Assembly (NCBI RefSeq): GCF_018350175.1
Contig: NC_058368.1
Span: forward strand, 13,516,001-13,580,000
Source: Felis catus
Taxonomy: Eukaryota
Length of the DNA stretch: 64,000 nucleotides
Reading direction: 5' to 3'
In this document: positions 11,877-25,454 of the stretch, piece after piece
How the letters are laid out: the number at the start of each line of letters is the position of its first letter
Numbering within the stretch: position 1 is the stretch's first letter
Made by a program: the position numbers and the translations under genes
The notes under the pieces: generated by a model
The model's input: only the letters and a program-made list of their open reading frames with translations
The model's database searches: none
Told to the model about the DNA's origin: nothing

Positions 11877-13229
11877 TACATATAAGTAAAACAAGCATTG
11901 GACTGTATGTGGTGGAACAAGAGAGACAAGTGCTGAACTTGGGCTCAGTGGGAAACCACATAACCTTCAAGTTAGAAGTTGAAATGCTAAAAGAGCTTTC
12001 AAGTGTCAATGGTGTGGCTCATACTGGATTCCGGCCTGGAAAATGGGGTCAGGAGAAGAGGCCAGATGCGTGAGGCATTTAAATATCCCTCGCCCGTGGA
12101 ATGATGGGTGGTAAGGATGCTTTCAGTGACACTCACTGCTGTCTGAGACAGCCATCATTTCAAGCATACTGGACACTGGCACTGGGAAGACTGGAATGAC
12201 CTGAATGGGTTTATGCCAATCAGAAGACATTCATTTCTAAGATATTATAACTGAAGCAGACTTTTCTAGGCATGCTGCAGAGACAAGTCTTCAAAACAGA
12301 CTTTATAGACACCTAAAGAAGTGTATGTGTGGGAAAAACTAGGATTCAGATATATCTCTGGTACTTGGGCTCGCAGGGTTAAAAGGGACAGCTGGAAATG
12401 CCCCTGGCCCATTCAGTCTCTGTGTGAGATTCAAAAAAGGAATCCCTTCCTCCTGGGGATTATGAAGCCTTATGCCCAGGAAATAGAACCCTTGTCCAAC
12501 TGCCCTCACACAGGGAACAATTCTTGGTGGTGGCCCCAGGGGTGGTTAAGATGTCTCAGAACAAAATGACTTTACTGCCGGCGCTCAAGATTTCCATCCT
12601 AGGAGCCATCCATGGCTTCTGGGACTCCAGTGTTCTGAGTCCCCCATCCAAAATGAGGAACTCTAAAAGTGCAAGGTCCTTGTCTCTCGGGTCTTCTCAC
12701 ATTGTTGGGATGACTCACTGGTGGACATCTAGTCACAGCACCCGGTGCATGGGATCTTCACTTCCACTTCATGCTGTCCTCATCTGTCTCCAAGGCTCTT
12801 CACCTATCTATCAAGATGTTTCTGTGCCAACCAAGGTCACAGAGCATCCAGGATAAAAGCAAGATGTCTCAGGCTTAGATTTGACTCCAGGGTGGCTCAT
12901 GTCACTGAGAAAAAGCTCTTAATTTCCCTAAACCTCAGTTTTTCTTTAAAATGGGAGTTTAGTGAGAGTAAATATTTCAGATGATTGTTTAAACTTGAAA
13001 TTATAAAATACACTTATAAAGTGGCTGGCAGATAATGCTATCATTGTTATTTTCTGCTAGCTGTTGTTATTAATATTAGTATATTTGACCATAATTCATG
13101 CCCAGATGGAATCATGAATCTAAGATCTTTGCTCTGAAAAATGATAATTCCTCATCATTGGAATAAAAACTTATATTCCAAATGTAACTTAGATAAGCCC
13201 TATAATTGACCTCATAATATATTACATAC

Positions 13230-13916
13230 ATTTAAGACAATGCTTAATGTATGTGTTTTTTTCTGATATTAATATAGATATATCAACTTCCTTTTGATTT
13301 GCTATTTGCCTTGTATTATCTTTTTCTACATTTATTCCAGAATTTCTGAGCCCTCTTATTATGTCTCTTTAAATAGGATATCCTACATTTTTGAAATCCA
13401 ATCTCAAAATCTCTATTTTCTCATTGTAAATTTATTTTATTTAAAAGCTGTAATTGGGATTAGTTCTACTACCTTATTTAGTGCTTTCAATTTACCATGT
13501 TTCTTGTTTCCTTACCTTCTTTTCTGACTTTTATCAAATATATTTTCTTCCTTTTTTATTCCCTCCTGGCTTAGAATTTATAAAATCTATTTATTGACGA
13601 TTACATTTAAATTTTTAGTTTGTATACTTGGCCTAAAAAAGTCTAAATTTGACCATTCTCTCTCTCTTCCTCCAGCACACATCTTTTCCTCCATCTTACG
13701 TACTATTTGTATTGATATCTTAAGTCACCTTGCTTCTTTTCTCCCCCAGATTAAACATTATAGATAATAATTTATACAACCAATACTTATTTATAACAAC
13801 TTCTTGGTTCATGTTTGGTTCCTAACTAGCAGTCATTCCTCTGGATTCAATTTTCCTCTTTTTTTAAAATGTTTATTCATATTTGAGAGACAGAGACAGA
13901 GCATGAATGGGGGAGG

Positions 13917-13956
<40 letters not shown>

Positions 13957-14340
13957 GAAGCAGGCTCCAGGCTTTTAGCTGTCAGCACAGAGCCTGGCAT
14001 GGGGCTTGAACTCACATACTGTGAAATCATGACCTGAGCTGAAGTCGGACACTTAACCAACTGAGCCACCAAGGCACCCCCCAATTTTCTTCTTTATGAA
14101 GTCCATTCTTTGGTAGTTCACCCCTGCTCTTCTTGGCATTAAAGCCCAAGTCCTTCATTGTTGAGACCGGCATTGTCACCCACAGTAGCTACAGCATCAA
14201 TGCCTGAGCTTATGGCTCTAGTTTCCCAATCCATCTCTGATCTTGGCAGCTGGAGGATTTCATTTCTGCCTTGTAAGCTCAGCTTTGCATGCAAAAGAAT
14301 GTTTGTTGTATTATATTCTGCATTTCAAGGTATTTATAAC
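13230..14340 (-). mobile_element. Old L1M LINE-1 fragment (hosts a SINE)
   Basis: T-rich sequence with L1-antisense motifs (ttctgatattaatatag...cttccttttgatttgctatttgc). Boundaries approximate. Confidence 0.55.
13859..14081 (-). mobile_element. Can-SINE
   Basis: Poly-T, (GA)n, body and reverse head aaggcacccc. TSD caattttc(c/t)tcttt. Confidence 0.97.
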
Positions 14341-17272
14341 TGGAGTCTATTTTGATGCGATCAGAAGTCACCATTCATATATGTGTATTAGGTGGTAGGT
14401 TCTAGTTGTCAAAGGTGTAAAGATGGAAATAAAAAAGGTGGAAATAAAAAGATGAAAATAGGTTGGCTGTCAGGGAGCTTACAATCTAACAGAGATAATA
14501 ATGAATCTGATATGTGCAATAAAGTTTTTTAAGGCTTACACATGCTACTATGAGAGCCTGCACTAGATTGAGCTTCTTAAGAATAAATATATTCTTCATT
14601 GTCTTCCTGTCCCAGTATCTAGGGAAATATTAGCAGATAGAAGGTGACAATAAGTATTCATTGCCTAAATATATGAATGAATTATAGAAATCAACAAATC
14701 TTCTCACCGCTGCTTATTCCCATTTTTTAATTAATGAAAAGTAAGATGTTTATCATTTTCTCGTGACAAGTGAAATTTTTATGAAGGTTTTATTTAAAAG
14801 ATGTTTAATTTTTATTGTACTACGACTAGTAATTGAGTCCTCACTCTGTAGCAGGCATTTGTTTCAGCACTTTCCAAGAATTCACTTATTTGAACCTGAA
14901 AATAACCCTGTAATGTAGGACTTTTGTGAGTGGCCAAGCCTTGGTTGCACATTTGAAACTATGTTGGGAACTAATTTAAATTAGTCTGACTATAACTTCT
15001 GTTTGTTGGTACTAAGTACGTATGCATTTGTCAGATTACGGTTTCAGTGGTAATTTCCAACTAGTGATTATCCTTGTTTTCACAGCCACGGTCCATGTTT
15101 GCAGAATCTAGGCCATTTACAACTTGATTACTGTCTTACTGATTGATTAATTGCCACTGGACTAGAAGACCTACCTCATTTCCAATGACTGTACACAAGG
15201 CTGATTTTACTGCTGCTACATTGCTCTGAAAGTGCACAGCTAAAACTCACTTAGATCTGTGACTCGTCCTTCATCCATAGCTTCTTCTCCAACCACCTTC
15301 CAGCTAAGAATGGCACAGGCTAACTACTGCAATAAACAACCCCAAACACATACAAAAAAAAACACCCCAAAAAACAAAACAAACAAAAAAAACCACCAAA
15401 ACTGCTTAATAATAATCATCTAGAGTTCTAGAATTTAGCCAGGAACCAAAATTTTGCATGTTCCTTGGTAGAATTTGCTTTTAAGAATTAGGCCAATATA
15501 AGCCAATACATTTTCCTGTCACCTTTATTGTTCTCCATGAGTTCTCAAAAATTATTGATAATAATTGTGAAATTATATCTGAAATTAATTTCAGTACCCA
15601 AATACATCATTTTTAAACAGTCAAAAATATTGAAATTGTTTCAAGGACTTAGATGTTATTTTACTGTCTTCACCTTAAATGTCCTTTATTCATAATTATT
15701 CTACCTCTCTCAGGTTGAATTTTGTCTCTTTGACAGACAAAATAAGAGTTGAACAGTTCACAAAGGCACGATTTATGATTGCCATCCATAGAGCAATAGT
15801 ATTTTATGTTCACTCAGCAAATATTTATCCAGCACCCACTATTTCCAGGCATTATTCCAGGGGCCCCAGGTAGAATTGTAGATAAAATGGACACACATTC
15901 CAGATTTCATGGTGCCTACATGTGGTGGTATGTGACATGAATGATCTTTTTCTACTCTGAACTCTCTGGGGCCCGAGCAAAACTTTCCAGTTCATTCTCA
16001 CCTGCTCTTGCCACCTCTATCACTACCACCAGCAGACACACATGACCCTAAGACACACCAGACAGTCAATGGTTCTGGATCCAACCATGTATTTTTCCTG
16101 CCTATATGCCCCTATTGTGGGCGGGGCCTTCAACGTCAATCCTACCAGGAATGCCAAAGTGTTCATGATCTTTACCTGAAGGCCATCTTTATTTATCCTA
16201 GTACAAACACATATCTTCCTTCATGCTACCTCATTATACTTTGGATTACAGTGAGAGCATCATTTGTAATCTGCCTTGAATTGTGTTTACTTGTGAAAGT
16301 AGACGTACCCCTATTTGACTGTGAGAAATAGTCAACACCTGGGGTTAACGGACTCTTCCATTTTACATCTTCAAATTCCATACGGTGTCTAAATAGCACT
16401 AAACACAGAATATGTTCTCAATCATACTTGGTAACTTGTACAATCACGTCGTCTTCTCTACTGTGTAGCTTAATTTTTATTTACTTTTTCAGTTATCCAT
16501 TTATTTATTCAAAAGATATTTAGCCAGTGCCTACCAGATGCCAATCATTCTCTTAAGAAACTGGGGATACACAAGCGAGAAAAACAGACAATAATACTTT
16601 TAGCCTAGTTTTGGAATTATTCAAGTTAGATTCCATGACAAATCACCTGTCTGTAAGGATTGGTATGACACTGGGATGTATTATTACAGGAAGTGTCAGA
16701 GTTTCTTATGGAGATTGTGAAGTACAGTCGACTTTCTATCTTGAGATATTTGAATGAATTCTTCCCTGGAGGCTGGGGGAATGGAGGTTTTGATTTCATA
16801 ATGTTCGCCCCTTCAGGTCTTTGGTTTTATGAATTCATATGCATGAGGGCAAACAACCCAATGAGTCTATTCTCCCCTCACCCTCAGTTATTCATTTGAA
16901 CAATGATGCCAGTGAAAGGCTTCTATAACAATCATTACTTGTGGGAATTGTAGTAAGTTTAAGACTTCCATCAGCCCTTTAGACCTCATCTAAAGTAATC
17001 TATTTTTCCAGGAGCTGAAAGAGTTTAACAACCTGGAAAGGTCAGTTCTCTATAAAGGATCTCAACAATATCTGGATTGCCAGAATTTTGTGAGGAGGGA
17101 AGATACAAGATGATTTTATAAGGAAAAAAAAAAAACGTTGAATAGCAGAAAACTCAAATTAGCTTTTTATCCCCCACAGAATAGTACCCTGAGAATGTCA
17201 GAAGGCTTGGCCAAACTGTAAATGTACAAAACAGACCATAGGAAAGCCTGAAATCATGAAATGGTTATTCCT

Positions 17273-17298
17273 GGGGCGGGGGGGGGGGGGGGGGCGGG
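17273..17298 (+). repeat. Poly-G tract (potential G-quadruplex)
   Basis: GGGGC-G17-CGGG. Confidence 0.85.
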
Positions 17299-20200
17299 AA
17301 CGTGCTAAGAGAGAGATGGTTGGGTCTTCTGTAGCCCCTGCTAAATAGAATCTTTAATGTGCATAGTACCTTTCCTTTAAAACCTTTGGTACTAACATAT
17401 CATAAAGATGAATAGAGGCTGAATCACCAGATAAATCTTCAACATTGAAGATTTTATTCATGCATCAGCAACCAAGTTTTTATGCTTTCTGCTGTCTTGT
17501 CCTCCCCTCCCCCCTACTTGCCTCCTCCAAGCCCGTGCAGGGGTGCCTAGGACAGGAATCCCAGACAGACCCTTTCTTAAGCTGACCTGACCACTTGCAG
17601 TAATTACAGTCCTAGAGTTCCACCATTTCTACTTCTTCTGTACTCTCTTCTAGAGCCTTAGTGTTATTTTTCCAACTGGATGACTTCAAATAGCCTTTAT
17701 TTCAGCATTGCCAAAGTCAGAGGAATTAGCTGCTTCTGACCACTGCTTTATGCCAGGGAGATGCCTAAGTGAAAGGTTGAGCAGAATGATATTTCTGTCA
17801 TTATCACTCAGAACATCCTCAAAGTCAGTCCTGACTGGAAAAGAAATACAAGCATGAGTAATCAAATTGTGCCTCTCTGAACAGCTGAAGAGAGAGTGCA
17901 CAATTGGAGAAGCTCTATCATTCTCGGGATTCCAAGAAGACCGATTCCTTCCCAGGCTGTTTAAGTGTCTCCCCTGCTCCCTCTCAGAGATGCTATTAAG
18001 ATGTGGAAACACCTTTCCACCTCCACATCCAGCACAGACTGTTGTTCTCCCAGAAGTTCGAGCAGCTACAAGGTCAAAGTCAACCCAGAACAAAATATTC
18101 CACTCAAGTTTCTGCCTTTATCTGGGCCATTGGCAGTCAGCCCAGCCATGAAAGAAATGTAGCTGGGATGAGGCAAGGGATTCCGTCGAAAAGGATTATA
18201 GAAGAAATGAGCTATGGGGGAGAGATTGTGTTTAGAGCTTTAAGCTGAAGGAGGATAGGCCTATCCTCAAATGAGAGCGGCTACCACCCACAGAAGCCCT
18301 CAGGCGTTCATTCACTTTCATAGGACTTCAGTGGAGGCTGGTGCTGGTCTTCGGTTGGTTTATCACGTGTGATAGCCCATTCCTCACCATAAATTCCAAC
18401 ATTTCCCTTAGATTCATTGACATTCAGGAACATGATTTTATACTCCTTTCATTTAACAACACTTATTCCAGGCTTACAGTGTTAACACAGGCAGTACCTA
18501 CTCTAGGCTCTGAGCTTCTTCCTTGAAAACAGAAAGACAAGGACCTGTGTCACATGGAATTTTGCATTTTAGTGGGGGGGGGGGTAAAGAAACAAAGATA
18601 TTAATAAGGTCATCTCATATTTTTCATGGATAAGGAAAATAACATAGGGCTATGTGATACAATGACTGCAATAAAAATGATGACTTTTTGTTTGCCGCTT
18701 TGTTTTTATTTGCTCTGGTTTTTCCTTAGGGATGAATGATGGAGACTGTTTCTGCTGAGATGACCTTTGAACTTTGATGTCAATAATAGGAACAGCCACC
18801 AAAGATACCTGTGGGCAGGAGACTGTAATGGAGGGTACAAGAAGTAGAATATCTAAAATGGAACTAAAACTTACAATTTAAATATTAAAAAATAGACGAA
18901 AATGGACAGAAAAGAAAAGACTTGACATTTATAAAAATGGCCAAAGAAGGTAAGATATACGAAAAATAAGATATTACAAGCCTAAAATTTTATAGATATG
19001 AAGTCCATGATTTTCATATGTTATATATATCACATGTATATCTCATAAGCATGTATATCTCAAAGTAAAACCCATTTAACAAAAATTATACGTATACTTT
19101 AAAACAAATAAATTTAATTCTATTTCATATCTCACTTCTGTTTTCAGATTAAAGATATAACAATGAAGAGATACTAGGCACCAGATTTAAAACCCCGTGA
19201 TGATCTTGCATATGCCAGGATACTGACTACAAGAGTAAATTCCCAGAAATCAGCAGATCTGTACAGAGGCAATTGCAAACTTTGTCCTTAAGGAATTCAA
19301 ATTTTGACAAGATGTTTGCTATCTTATAAAGAGATATTAAAGACAAGACATAATGGCTATAAGTGAGCCATAAATGAAGTTGCCTGAAAGCATCAGGATG
19401 TAGTGATTCATTCCAAAAGAATTTGAGAGGCATATAAAAGATATTTAATGGGGTACTATTCAAAGCCCATGGAGAGTGATCTCGTTGAGAATTGGAAATC
19501 TATTGTTATGGTAAAGCATTAGGAGAGCTGACCACAATATTTCTAAATTATTTACTTTTCATCTTAACCAACTGATTGGCTTACCATTCAATCCAGAATC
19601 TAGGGTCTAGATTGCATAGCACCCAAAGTTCCTTTTGATGCTCTGATTCCACAAATATTTCTATTTTTTTCTATTTTAACATTTAAAGATGGATTTTAAA
19701 ATATTATTTGTAAAATAAATTAAGTACAGATAATAAAGTTGATTTTTGTTATACATGTTATTTTATTTATTCAATGTATATTTATGAGAATCTACTAGGT
19801 ATTCAGTGGAAATACAAAAGAAGGATGTAACTTTTCTTTCATTTGCTTCTGGTGTATCTGGGAAGACAAGCAAATGCTGTAAATGCAAAACTTGGAAGAC
19901 AAAACACTGCAAGTCACTGACAAATTGAATGATACACGTCAATGTTCACTCCAAGTTTTTAAATTGTGAACCATGAGACTTTAAGTGTGAAGTTTATTCA
20001 ATGGCAGCTTACACAGTTAATTTGACACCAATTTGATGAGATGCATAATATTTTGCTACATGGCAAAAAGGCATAAATGCTAACTAACTGTATAAATGAC
20101 TGTTCTTGGTATTTTTTAATATAAGCAAATAAAACTTTTATCAGTTTTCTCTTCTAACTTTTGAACACCTTCAACATCTATAATCAGTATTAACAAGCTC

Positions 20201-20588
20201 CCTGATAAAGTGTAAGCTCGGCCATGCAGACACCCTGAAAACCTCACGTGTTCTATTACAAGTTAAATTTATTCACCGTGACCTTAGGGCACAGTTTACT
20301 TGTGAGTTCTCTCCACCTATAGCCCCAGCACCAGATCCAGCACCATTATCTCTAACTCTTGCCCTTGAAATGGTGGGAATGGTGGCCACCTCCTTGTGCA
20401 GGCAATATGGATCAGAGTAGACTTGAGCTTCAATAATGTGGGCTCCATCCTACAGCTGAACTTGGATGAGGCCAGGGTTACCAAAGCACAAATAATCCAG
20501 TCCTGAGTAGCTGAAGGATGTCACCTCTGACAATGCCACAGGACCAAATTTCCAAGCCTTGGGGAGAGGCTAAAATAGGTTTGACCTC

Positions 20589-20990
20589 TGTATTAGTCTG
20601 CATGGACTAGCATCACGAAATGCCACAGACTGGGGGCTTAGACAATAGAAATTTATTTCTCATAGTTCTGGAAGCTGGAGGTCCAACACGAAGGTCCAGC
20701 AGGGTTTGGATTCTGGTGAGAGTTCTCTACCTGGCCTGCAGATAGCTGCCTTTTCATTGCAGCCCTCACATGGTCTTTCCTCTAAGCATAAGCTAAGAGA
20801 AAGAGGAAAAGAAGGAGGAGAGAGAGAGAGGCCATCAACTTATAAGGCCATCAACTCGATTGGGTTAGACCTACTTCCCTTAATGGCCTTATTTAACCTT
20901 AATTACCTCCTAAAGTCCCATCTCCAAATATAGTCACTTTGAGGGCTAGGGCTTCAACATATGACTTTTGGGAAGACACAATTCAGTCCT
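20589..20990 (-). mobile_element. MaLR LTR, MLT1A-like
   Basis: tgtattagtc...aaatgccacagactgggggcttagacaatagaaatttatttctcatagttctgga...gggcttcaacatatgacttttgggaagacacaattcagtcc. Confidence 0.88.
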
Positions 20991-21701
20991 CGGGTGGCTT
21001 ACATTTCAAGGAAAATACATGCTCCCTTTTGTTTTACTTTCCTGCACTACTGTCCATTCTCCTCTCCACACCATCCATATTCTGGAAGCCTGAGGCTCTG
21101 CTTGAAAATTGCACCTGGTCAAAGTTATAAATCAGTATGAATGAGCTGAAGTCCAATTCCTCCAGGTTTTAGTAGGGAAGAAAAGAATAAATCAGAAATT
21201 GGGATATCTGAACTGAAATAGATACAACTAAGTCATGAAAAACATAAAAAGAATAGGCTAGGGTTTTGAAGAAAATTTTCTGTACTTCACTCTGAAGTAC
21301 AGTGTCCACCTATTTCACACCTGTCATGTATAAGCAGAAACCATAACTTTGGGCATTATGCTGTGCTCGTTTAACCTAAGATATACCTAAACAGAGAGGA
21401 ATATGTTTAGGGGAAAGTTTTGCCCACCCAAAGTTCCCTGAATCCTGGATACAGTGCAGGGAACACCTGGTTCTTACAGAGAAAGAAGAGCATCTCCCAA
21501 GTATGCTCTACAGCGCTGTGGTCCCTGCATGAATACATGTAAGTATAGGAAAGAAGGATGGCCCGCAATATCTCTATTTTGATCATTCACAATGTCAGTG
21601 GAACAAAAGCACAGAGAATTCATAGCATGAGGAGACCTATAGAATTTTGGTTAACGTGGTGTTTTCTAAACTTATTTGACCAGTCTTCTTCTTGTTATAG
21701 C

Positions 21702-22145
21702 TGTGGTAAGCATTATTTGTGATCACCAACACTCAGCTCTCCCCTCTCTTCTCCCTGAGCACACTTTTCCAGTCAGACAGGGTCATGTGACTGGTTCTGG
21801 CCAATGGGGCTGTGAGCAGAAGTGGCAGGAAAGGAGGTCAGAGTTCCCTTTTGACTATACTTACCCCTCCTTGGAGAGATCAGAGGCTGTGAATGCTGAA
21901 CACCAAGACAGTGCAGCAAAAGTAGACCAAAAAGGCCTGGATTGCTAAGTATCCCCACGGAGGATGAGAACGTTGGAGAAACATCCTATCTGCAGTAAGC
22001 TTTGCATTAGATTTACAAATTAAACCATTGAAATTAGAAGTAAATTTTGTTGCGAGGCAAAAAAAAAATTTGCTATTACAAGTTAACTTATCCTATCTTT
22101 TGCTAGTTTGCTATTATAAGTTAACTTATCCTATCCTGATTAACA
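21702..22145 (+). mobile_element. Old MaLR LTR (MLT1H/I/J-like)
   Basis: tgtggta start, the diagnostic ggtcatgtgactggttctggccaatggggctgtgagcagaagtg, and a ctatcctgattaaca end. Confidence 0.7.
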
Positions 22146-22169
22146 GTCTGTAAAAGACTAGAAGACTCA

Positions 22170-24150
22170 GCGGGATGATATGTTTCTGAAAATAATGTAT
22201 TAAGGAAGAACATCTAATTTGGGAAACCATTTTGTATCTTCAGTGCAAAAATAGCATATTCCATGAAAAAGGAACAGAAATCCATAAAGGAAAATAATGT
22301 AATATAAAAAGATAAGGGTGAGAAACACTGGGAACATGTTGAGATAAGAAAAGATTCTAATAAAATTGAAATTAGATACTAGAATTAAAATTCAACATGC
22401 TCTCCCATAAAGCAGGGGAAGAGGCAAATAAATGAACAAAAAGAGAATGTGGTAAATGTGAAAATCAAGGAAGAAAGAATAAATCAACAGAACTAATAAC
22501 CAGTGACATAACTGAAGAAAATGTTTCTCAGTTGAAATTAAAAAAAAAGTAAGTTGGCAGACTGAAAGAATTTGCCAATTAATGATGTATTTAGATATAT
22601 TATGCTATATTTTAAATAAAAGAATAAAAAATATCATAAGATATTGACCTATCTCCAAACGGTGCTTTGGCTAGAAATGAGGACCCACAAAGTTTACTAT
22701 TTAAAAGGCCTCCAAATCTACCAGAGAGGGCACTTTTAAGGTAACCCATATGTGGTTCTCCCTCTTCTCTAGTAACTAATCAACACAATTGAACAGCTTC
22801 CACTCAAGAGCTCTTGCTTCTGGACTGATTTGGCAGAGACTTGATGACAAGGTAGAGCATCTGACAGATGTACCGGCAGAAATACACTTTTTTTTTTTGC
22901 TCCTGCCACTTTTCCACTTCCAACTCCATTCCTAGAACTCCCCCTTTCTACCTAAACGTCCTTCTCTTTTCGGCATAGGATATCTGGCCTCAGTTTTGTA
23001 ATTGCTTTATTGTGTATCATTATTTCTCATTGGGTATCATTATTTTTTCATTGTAATCAATAAAATGATCCAGAGGACTTATCTCTGGATGCTCAGAGAA
23101 CTATTCTGGGTGCTCAGCTTTCCTCTTGGGACATTTGGCTAGTTTATCATTGTGCAGCATAATGTTGGGTCTTCTTGTACCTGATTCTTATGGGTGACCT
23201 ACATTCTCCATCAGTTCTTCCTTCATATGGTATGGTTTCTCTACTTTTCTGGAACTCTGGTTTATTCCCAGTGCCTTACACCCATCCTTCATTATTTATA
23301 CTATAGGAAAAATATCTGTCCTGTATAGGAATGTTTGTGCTTAAGAGATGAAACAGAAGCATGATACATGTCAACAAAAGTACACAAATGGTAAAAAATT
23401 AGGTGGGCCTCAAAGCTCTCATTGGCCATATGAAATGCTAGATGATAACAGAGCAATACGTGTGAAACCATTGAGAGGAAAATGTCATGAGCCAAGAATC
23501 TTATGTTCAGTCAAATTGTTCATGTGCAAAAACAAATAGTCCCTGTCATATAATTTCCTAAGAAAAACTTTCTGAGGGGCGCCTGGGTGGCGCAGTCGGT
23601 TAAGCGTCCGACTTCAGCCAGGTCACGATCTCGCGGTCCGTGAGTTCGAGCCCCGCGTCAGGCTCTGGGCTGATGGCTCAGAGCCTGGAGCCTGTTTCCG
23701 ATTCTGTGTCTCCCTCTCTCTCTGCCCCTCCCCCGTTCATGCTCTGTCTCTCTCTGTCCCAAAAATAAATAAAAACGTTGAAAAAAAAAATTAAAAAAAA
23801 AAAAAAAGAAAAACTTTCTGATATAATTCATTTGACCAAAAAAAATTAATAATCTCCAAATGGGGAAGTATCCTATAAGCTATAAATGAGTTAAACAGAG
23901 TTTAGTCTCGATGACTTTTGTAAATATGGTCAGTAGTTATAAGGCAAAATGTAAACATTAAAAATCTTTTCTGAGTAAAATACGGGGTGCAAAATGGAAT
24001 CTTAGGTTCAATGCCCAGATTAGGTTAGCAAAGACTGGGGTCATTGCTAGGGTGGAGACAGAATAACTGACCATAAATTCTTCATCTTACACGTGGGTAC
24101 CCAAAAGATACCATTACTTCTTGACTTTTCATACTGAGAAAAATACAGGG
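22170..24150 (+). mobile_element. Degraded L1M fragments (5'/ORF1-like region), patchy
   Basis: A-rich segments with L1-like motifs (aagaaaatgtttctcagttgaaa, ttggcagactgaaagaa, gagccaagaatcttatgttcagtcaaattg). Interrupted by other sequence. Confidence 0.45.
23576..23807 (+). mobile_element. Very young Can-SINE (SINEC_Fc), CpG-intact
   Basis: GGGGCGCCTGGGTGGCGCAGTCGGTTAAGCGTCCG...GTTCGAGCCCCGCGTC with many CpGs retained and a long A tail. Perfect 16-bp TSD AAGAAAAACTTTCTGA (23560-23575 and 23806-23821). Confidence 0.99.
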
Positions 24151-24617
24151 GTGCATTGTGGGATTGTTTATTTCTTTTGCTCATTTAGCAATAAGATTTG
24201 AGACACTAACTTGTTGCATATTGAAATTGACAAAGAACAAAAATGATATATGAAGGAATTTTGATTCAAAATAAATTCTTCTGACTTCTGGGTATTTCCA
24301 TCTTATCCTAATCTTCTTGATGACCCCATCCCTATCTCAGAACTAATTCTTCCTCCTGAATCTTCCAGCTTCTAGTATATACCTACAGAATCCGCCTCAC
24401 TCTTGCTTTTCTCTTCATTCACTTGGGAAAATAACTTTTTTGCCTGCACAGCCCTACCTCTGCCCTAAGTTTCTCAGTTGACAATCTTCCTTGTATTGTT
24501 TGCATTAACAGGTTGTCTATCTGTCCTCCTAGAATACAAGGCACACAGCACCCAGAAAAATTGCCCATTTCTCACAGGCACTTAATCCAGGGCAGTAATA
24601 AGCAGTATTCCACTCAC

Positions 24618-24739
24618 CTGTTTCTGCACCTGTTTCCTAAATCTCCCAAGATGCTCTGATATCTATCTAGATCCTGATATAATATGTCCTTAAAATGGAT
24701 CCTTCCAATAGTTAATGCTCCCCATCTCATCTCTTCACA
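24618..24739 (-). other. Candidate spliced exon (122 nt), transcript unknown
   Basis: Minus strand: acceptor gttaacattattctcttttttgcttttattAG and donor CAG|GTGAGTG. One frame is open (CEEMRWGALTIGRIHFKDILYQDLDRYQSILGDLGNRCRN). No recognised homology. Confidence 0.3.
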
Positions 24740-25278
24740 CTAATAAAAGCAAAAAAGAGAATAATGTTAACGGTGAACAACAACAGCCAAAGGAAACCCC
24801 AAAGCAGCATGCTGGCCATATTTTCTATTTGGATTATACTGTCTATTTGCCTAGATCATTATTTCTCCCAGGCTTAATGCCTAGAGGTATGTGCTAATTT
24901 GCCAAGCTGCTTTAATATTTAGTGAAGAGCCACAGCCGGCCAATAATTTTTAATAGCTTGTCCTCTATTGATTTCAACCCACACATTAAAGCGCCTAATA
25001 AAAATTTTAAAAGGATAGGTGAAGGGACATAAGGACAACAGAAAGTTAATAGCCTTGTCCACCTCCATTTGAAGAGAACAAGAGGATTAGTTCAACTTCT
25101 GTGTGGTTTGTATAAGACAATTGCTTTCTGCAAGCATTTTTCAGCAAAGTTTTTTAAGATGGGCTTACACAATACATAAGTACTTTAATTAATATGATTG
25201 TATTCCTCAGCAAACTCTAAAATAAGTAATTTCTGATGAGTGTATAGATGGCTTTGTTTTACTTAAAAAAAATTCCTA

Positions 25279-25454
25279 GGGTGCCTAAGTGGCTCAGTAA
25301 GTTAAGTGTTCAACTCTTGATTTCAGTTCAGATCATGAGCTCAAGGTTGGTGAGACGGAGCCCCGTACTAGCTCCACGATGATAGTGTGGAGCCTGCTTG
25401 AGGTTCTCTCCCTCTCTCTCTGTCTCTCTCAAAACAAATAAACTTAAAAAAAAA
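25279..25454 (+). mobile_element. Can-SINE (older, short)
   Basis: gggtgcctaagtggctcag head, CT tract, A tail. TSD-like acttaaaaaaaa(t/a)tcc. Confidence 0.92.

Noticed and set aside
17686-18093. 135-aa minus-strand ORF in unique sequence
   Set aside because: It has a non-ATG start, no recognisable homology and no convincing splice sites. ORFs of this length are expected by chance in 64 kb.
23576-23660. tRNA-like A/B boxes in SINE heads
   Set aside because: These are tRNA-derived Can-SINE promoters, not tRNA genes. The many ...LAQVMIS... ORFs are SINE translations.
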